NCBI RefSeq assembly: GCF_001194135.2
Contig: NC_068985.1
Span: 34,868,057 to 34,907,032, forward strand
Reading direction: 5' to 3'
Length of the DNA: 38,976 bases
Source: Octopus bimaculoides
Taxonomy: Eukaryota
Of this stretch, positions 34,034 to 38,976 are shown piece by piece; positions within the stretch are counted from its first letter, which is position 1, and every line of letters starts with the position of its first letter. The notes under the pieces are model-generated. The model saw only the letters and a program-made list of their open reading frames with translations. It did not search any database and was not told the origin of the DNA. Position numbers and translations under genes: made by a program.

Positions 34034-34719
34034 ATGGCACCTGTACCAGTGGAGCACTAAGAGCACCGTCCAAGCACGATCGTTGCCAGAGCAGCTGTCT
34101 GGCTTCCATGCCGGTGGCAAATAAATAGCACCAGCGTGATCGTTACCAACGTCGCCTTCCTGGCACTTGTGCCAGTTGCACGTGAAAAGTCATTCGAGCG
34201 AGATCGTTGCCAGTGCCAATGGACTGGCCCCTGTGCAGGTGACACGTAAAATACACCATTTCGAGCCTGGTCATTGATCGTTACCAATGTCACCTCCCTG
34301 ACACTTGTGCTAGTGACACGTGAAAAGACATTCGAGCGAGACGTTGCCAGTGCCGATGGACTGGCTCCTGTGCAGGTGACTCGTAAAATACACCATTTCG
34401 AGCGTGGCCGTTGCCAGTAAGACATTTGAACGAGATCGTTGCCAGTGCCGCTGGACTGGCTCCTGTGCAGGTGGCACGTAAACTACACCATTTTGAGCGT
34501 GGCTGTCGCCAGTACCGCCTGACTGGCCCTCGTGCTGGTGGCACGTAAAAGTACCCACTACACTCTCGGAGTGGTTGGCGTTAGGAAGGGCATCCAGCTG
34601 TAGAAACTCTGCCAGATCAGATTGGAGCCTGGTGTCACCTCCTGGTCCACCAGTCCTCAGTCAAATCGTCCAACCCATGCTAACATGGAAAGTGGACGTT
34701 AAACGACGACGATGATGAT
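34034..34719 (+). mobile_element. Long SINE copy with an internal tandem array and an RTE-type tail
   Basis: Repeated ~55-65-nt modules (cgttgccagtgcc..tggactggc..ctgtgcaggtg.cacgtaaaa..caccattt.gagcg), followed by the common 3' body and gacgacgatgatgat. Confidence 0.88.
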
Positions 34720-34731
34720 ATGTATATTAAT

Positions 34732-34763
<32 letters not shown>

Positions 34764-35089
34764 TATGGCTGTAAGACTTTTTACTGATGTACCCGTATAA
34801 TAATTTTTTTCTGCTGTATTTGTATAGTTATTTTTTTATTGTATCCGTATAATTGTTATATTATTTTAGTTTGTCTTGTTTGTTTTTATCCTTGTATATC
34901 TTCGCTAGCTATTCCCAGAAGCCTTCTGCTCTTGCACTGCCAAGATGGAGTGGTATCAATGTTAAAACCATGAAACCACTGTGATCTCTTGGACATTGAC
35001 TAATGCGGAATCAACTGTGAATTTTCTGTGCACTATAGTTTTGTCGTTCTGTTAAATTTTTCCATTTATTGTGTTCTTTTTATTTAATC

Positions 35090-35127
<38 letters not shown>

Positions 35128-35476
35128 TAAGAGGTTAAACAACCATCTAAGGGATAATAAATATCCAATATACTACTGGATGTATACCTATGTATTTATA
35201 TCCAAATGCATACTGTTGCAAAGCAATAGCACAGTTGAATAATAGGTATGAGTGGGGGTAAACAGGAATTTACCCAGAATTTATAAGGCAAAGAAATATT
35301 ATTCACTCACTTATTCTTATTCATTTATTTATTTACTTTTCTATTTACTTATTTATACATATGATTATAATTAATAAATAGATCCAATTGATGTTTGCAG
35401 GCTGGTGTTTGTTAATTCATTATCTTCTCCATTTTTTCTTTGCCATATATATATGCGTGTGTGTGTGTGAGAGAGA

Positions 35477-35510
<34 letters not shown>

Positions 35511-35513
35511 ATG

Positions 35514-35547
<34 letters not shown>

Positions 35548-35548
<1 letters not shown>

Positions 35549-35805
35549 GCTTGCGAAGACCTGTTGGGGCAAGTAAAATCGTAATTGAACCATACTCGAT
35601 GACTGGTCACCGCACCAGTGGAGCACTAACATCACTGTCGAGCGTGTTCATTGCCAGAGCAGCTGTCTGGCTTCTGTGCTAGTGGCCCGTAAATAGCACC
35701 ATTAGAGCGTAATCAGGCATGTCAGAAAATCATTCGAGCGAAGTCGTTGCCAGGGTCGCTGGATTGTCTCCCATGCAGATAGCACGTAAAAAACACCTTT
35801 TTGAG
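35548..35805 (+). mobile_element. SINE copy running into an assembly gap
   Basis: Shares caccagtggagcactaa, ttgccagagcagctgtctggcttc and gcacgtaaaa with 34034-34719. Confidence 0.8.
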
Positions 35806-36125
35806 NNNNNNNNNNNNNNNNNNNNNNNNNNNNNNNNNNNNNNNNNNNNNNNNNNNNNNNNNNNNNNNNNNNNNNNNNNNNNNNNNNNNNNNNNNNNNNN
35901 NNNNNNNNNNNNNNNNNNNNNNNNNNNNNNNNNNNNNNNNNNNNNNNNNNNNNNNNNNNNNNNNNNNNNNNNNNNNNNNNNNNNNNNNNNNNNNNNNNNN
36001 NNNNNNNNNNNNNNNNNNNNNNNNNNNNNNNNNNNNNNNNNNNNNNNNNNNNNNNNNNNNNNNNNNNNNNNNNNNNNNNNNNNNNNNNNNNNNNNNNNNN
36101 NNNNNNNNNNNNNNNNNNNNNNNNN

Positions 36126-36179
<54 letters not shown>

Positions 36180-36799
36180 ATATATATAGAGAGAGAGAGA
36201 GAGAGAAAGAGAGAAATCAGCACGAGGCTATTATCTACAAATCGGGATAAGAAAGCTCATGAATATCCTGTATTAAGTATTCTAACTCTTCCATATATGA
36301 AATGGTTAAGGTTTTATATGTTATTTGTGACAAACATGATTTTGGTGGGCTGCATGCCCTTCATATTACTAACTGCTTTATATCATTGTGTATACTGTCA
36401 TATCAGTGGCACTGGAAAGCTGGTCTTTCTGGATTCAGATGTGCACTCAACATTTTATCAGTTGTTAATTCAGAATTGCTGCTCTCCTAGTCAGGCTGTT
36501 GTTCCAACTTGCAAAGTTCTTGCTTCCTCCATGTATAGTCGAGAAATCTTTTTCTTAAATGATGGGTTTGTTCAAATTTTCCACTTTTTAGATGGATCTT
36601 CTTACTTAACTGTGAAATCACATCCCTCCATGTCTTCCACAAATTATCTGGTATCTTTATGATAGTATCTGTATGTCTATGAGCAGGTAGGAGATTCAAA
36701 ACAAAATGTCAATATTCTGGAAAGGGCTGGGTATAGTGTTTAGTGTGGAGATAACAAGGGTGGTTTGGTGGAGAGAGGAGTGGGTTGGAGGAGGTCTAA

Positions 36800-37565
36800 G
36801 TGATGGTATTAAAGGCCAGCATGCTCCAAGGAGCACAGACTATGTAGCCCTTCTCTGGATGTGACTCAAAAAGTCTGTGTGCATAACAGCAACCATGTCC
36901 TAGTTGTGAATGCATTACTCTATTGTGGAAATCACTTGAATCTTGTAGAGATTCTGCAGTTGCTGGAATCTGAAATATTCTGATCATGAAGAGAAGGAAT
37001 ATTCTGAGTTGCATTCCTATTCATGCTCAGAATGTGCTTTCACTTGGAGATGTCTCCAGTGGTAATGAAACCCAGTATTTGGAGTGGCTGTAAGTAATTG
37101 TGTATGACATATGCGAGGTGAGTGCAGTGTTGTTTTCTTGTTATCAGTAGTGCTAAAGTTTTTTTCTTTTTCTTTTTGCTATTAAAAGAGACACGGTTGG
37201 CACGAACCCCCTGGAGGATGCTCATATGGTCTCTATTTATGGAATCAATGCAAGTTTGACAGGAGGTAAGGTTATGTGTGGATGATGCATGGTTAGGGAA
37301 AGATAGGGAGGAATAAAGATTCATATCATTAGCATAAGAATGGGCATTGTTAGATGCCATGGCTGATAAGTCATTGATGTATAGAAGGACAAGAGTGGTG
37401 GGGTAAAACTGAACCCTGGGGACCATCAAGTTTGACTGAGAGTGAAATAGAAAGGACTCTGATCAGCATATGCTGCAGTGGCTCAATCTGATAGGAAGCT
37501 ACCAGTTTAAGAGATGAAAGATGTTCGGAACTCATAAATGGGAAGTTTTGCCAAGAGATTTGCAA
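36800..37565 (-). mobile_element. CR1/Jockey-group LINE RT fragment
   Basis: GPQGSVL, LLYINDL, HSYAND and VSFNSKK (ORFs 37040-37429 and 37371-37565). Confidence 0.75.
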
Positions 37566-37689
37566 AAGGTAAAAATCTTTTAAATAATGCAGAATTTCAG
37601 CTATGTCCTCAGGTGAAAGTTGTTGTAGGTTTTAAATTTCTTTAAATCTAGCCCATTTCATGGGATTTTCAATAGACATATTGTTAAAT

Positions 37690-37868
37690 TATCCTATTTT
37701 AAAAATGTTCAATACTACTGAATCTAGATTTAATTATCAGAATCTAAAATATCTAGCTTCTAATAATCAAACAAATGATAATACATTCAATGCTGCAATT
37801 AATACTATTATAACTCATCCATCTATAATATGTAACCATACCTAATAATAATAATAATAATAATAATA

Positions 37869-37907
<39 letters not shown>

Positions 37908-38330
37908 ATCATCATCATTATTATTTTACCTTTTGTAACTGTCGTGATAAAACCAAATGCCCTATTAATAACCAATGTATTAGAGAAAATATTGTATGTA
38001 AATGTTCAATTAAGGCCCTTGGTAATGAACAAATCTACATTGGTGCATCCTCTTCGTCATTTAAAATTAGATGGAATGATCCTAGATCTACATTTAGATA
38101 TAAAGAAAAGCTAATTATACATCCCTACCTAATTTCATACATTCATTAAGGGATAGTAATATTGAATACAAAATTTATTGGTCACTACTCGGTTATGCAC
38201 AACATTATAGTGGTGTGGTCATTGTATATCAGAGGCATTTTTAAAATAGTAAAAATACCGTAATTATGATTATAATTGGCATGATGAACTTATTTTAAGC
38301 TGCCAACATTTTAAATATTAATCCTTTCTA
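37690..38330 (+). mobile_element. Penelope-like element, GIY-YIG endonuclease region, interrupted by an (AAT)n(GAT)n expansion
   Basis: From ~37935 it reads CNCRDKTKCPINNQCIRENIVCKC...IYIGASSSSFKIRWND, a typical PLE zinc-finger plus GIY-YIG signature. Confidence 0.8.
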
Positions 38331-38439
38331 TACTGTAAGCATATATAACATTATACTTATAAAATAATTAGTTTCTTTTTCTTATGTTATTTGTGGCATT
38401 TTGATTTGATAGTTGCACTTGCATTGTTATATTTATATT

Positions 38440-38662
38440 TAAGGTGGTGAGTTGGCAGAATCATTATCACACCAGGCAAAATGCTTAGCGGTATTTTGTC
38501 TTCCGTTACATTATGAGTTCAAATTTCACAGAGGTCAGCTTTGTCTATCATTCTTTCAGGGTCAATAAATTAAGTACCAGTGAAACACTGGGATTGATGC
38601 AATTGACTAGTCCCCTCCCACCAAATTTCAGGTCTTGTGCCTTTAGTAGAAAGGATTATTAT
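38440..38662 (+). mobile_element. tRNA-derived SINE with a Meta/MESC-like core
   Basis: ggtggtgagttggcagaa head, gagttcaaat B-box, ctttcagggtcaataaattaagtaccag core and an (att)n tail. Confidence 0.75.
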
Positions 38663-38789
38663 ATTTATACTTATGTTTCCATTACTATTCTTTTGTTTCT
38701 ACTAAATGCCTACTTATATATATATGTATGCATGAGTATGTATGTGTCTGTATATGTATGTTTCTCTCACTCTTTCTTCTTCTCTCACT

Positions 38790-38856
38790 ACATATATATA
38801 TGTGTGTGTGTGTGTGTGTGTATGTATATATATATATGTGTATATATATATATATA

Positions 38857-38955
<99 letters not shown>

Positions 38956-38976
38956 GTGTATATGTGTATATATATA
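38790..38976. repeat. Compound (TG)n/(TA)n microsatellite with a repeating (TA)nTGTGTATATGTG unit
   Basis: Direct reading. Confidence 0.95.

Noticed and set aside
34034-34560. CRISPR-like repeat array
   Set aside because: Eukaryotic context, no unique spacers, degenerate modules and a SINE tail.
34909-34984. Candidate next or terminal exon (phase 2, NYSQKPSALALPRWSGINVKTMKPL-stop)
   Set aside because: The acceptor is good and frame-compatible with the microexon, but there is no homology or transcript support and the context looks repeat-derived. Other AGs, such as 32883, are equally possible.

Overview
AT-rich, repeat-dense eukaryotic genomic DNA with six N gaps. It is most likely an octopod cephalopod, inferred from the SINE families and microsatellite load; this was not checked against any database. 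One plus-strand multi-exon gene spans most of the window. It encodes a divergent type I membrane immunoglobulin-superfamily protein with five Ig exons (1437-1748, 9084-9404, 20117-20374, 22225-22479, 23853-24161), a transmembrane exon (27048-27149) and a probable 19-nt cytoplasmic microexon (32284-32302). The architecture is Kirre/NEPH-like, but orthology cannot be assigned. The signal-peptide exon and the 3' end are not identified. The introns are filled with transposon relics: RTE, R4/Dong-like and CR1-like LINEs, Penelope-like elements, several SINE families, a Merlin/ISXO2-like transposase relic, a solo LTR and a young non-autonomous LTR retroelement (14357-16768, GAAT target-site duplication). 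The most unusual structure is in that LTR element. Its tRNA-Trp primer-binding site extends well beyond the canonical 18 nt and is followed by two degenerate tandem copies of the LTR-end/PBS junction. Most short ORFs in the supplied track are spurious or are transposon fragments. Boundaries of degenerate repeats are approximate.
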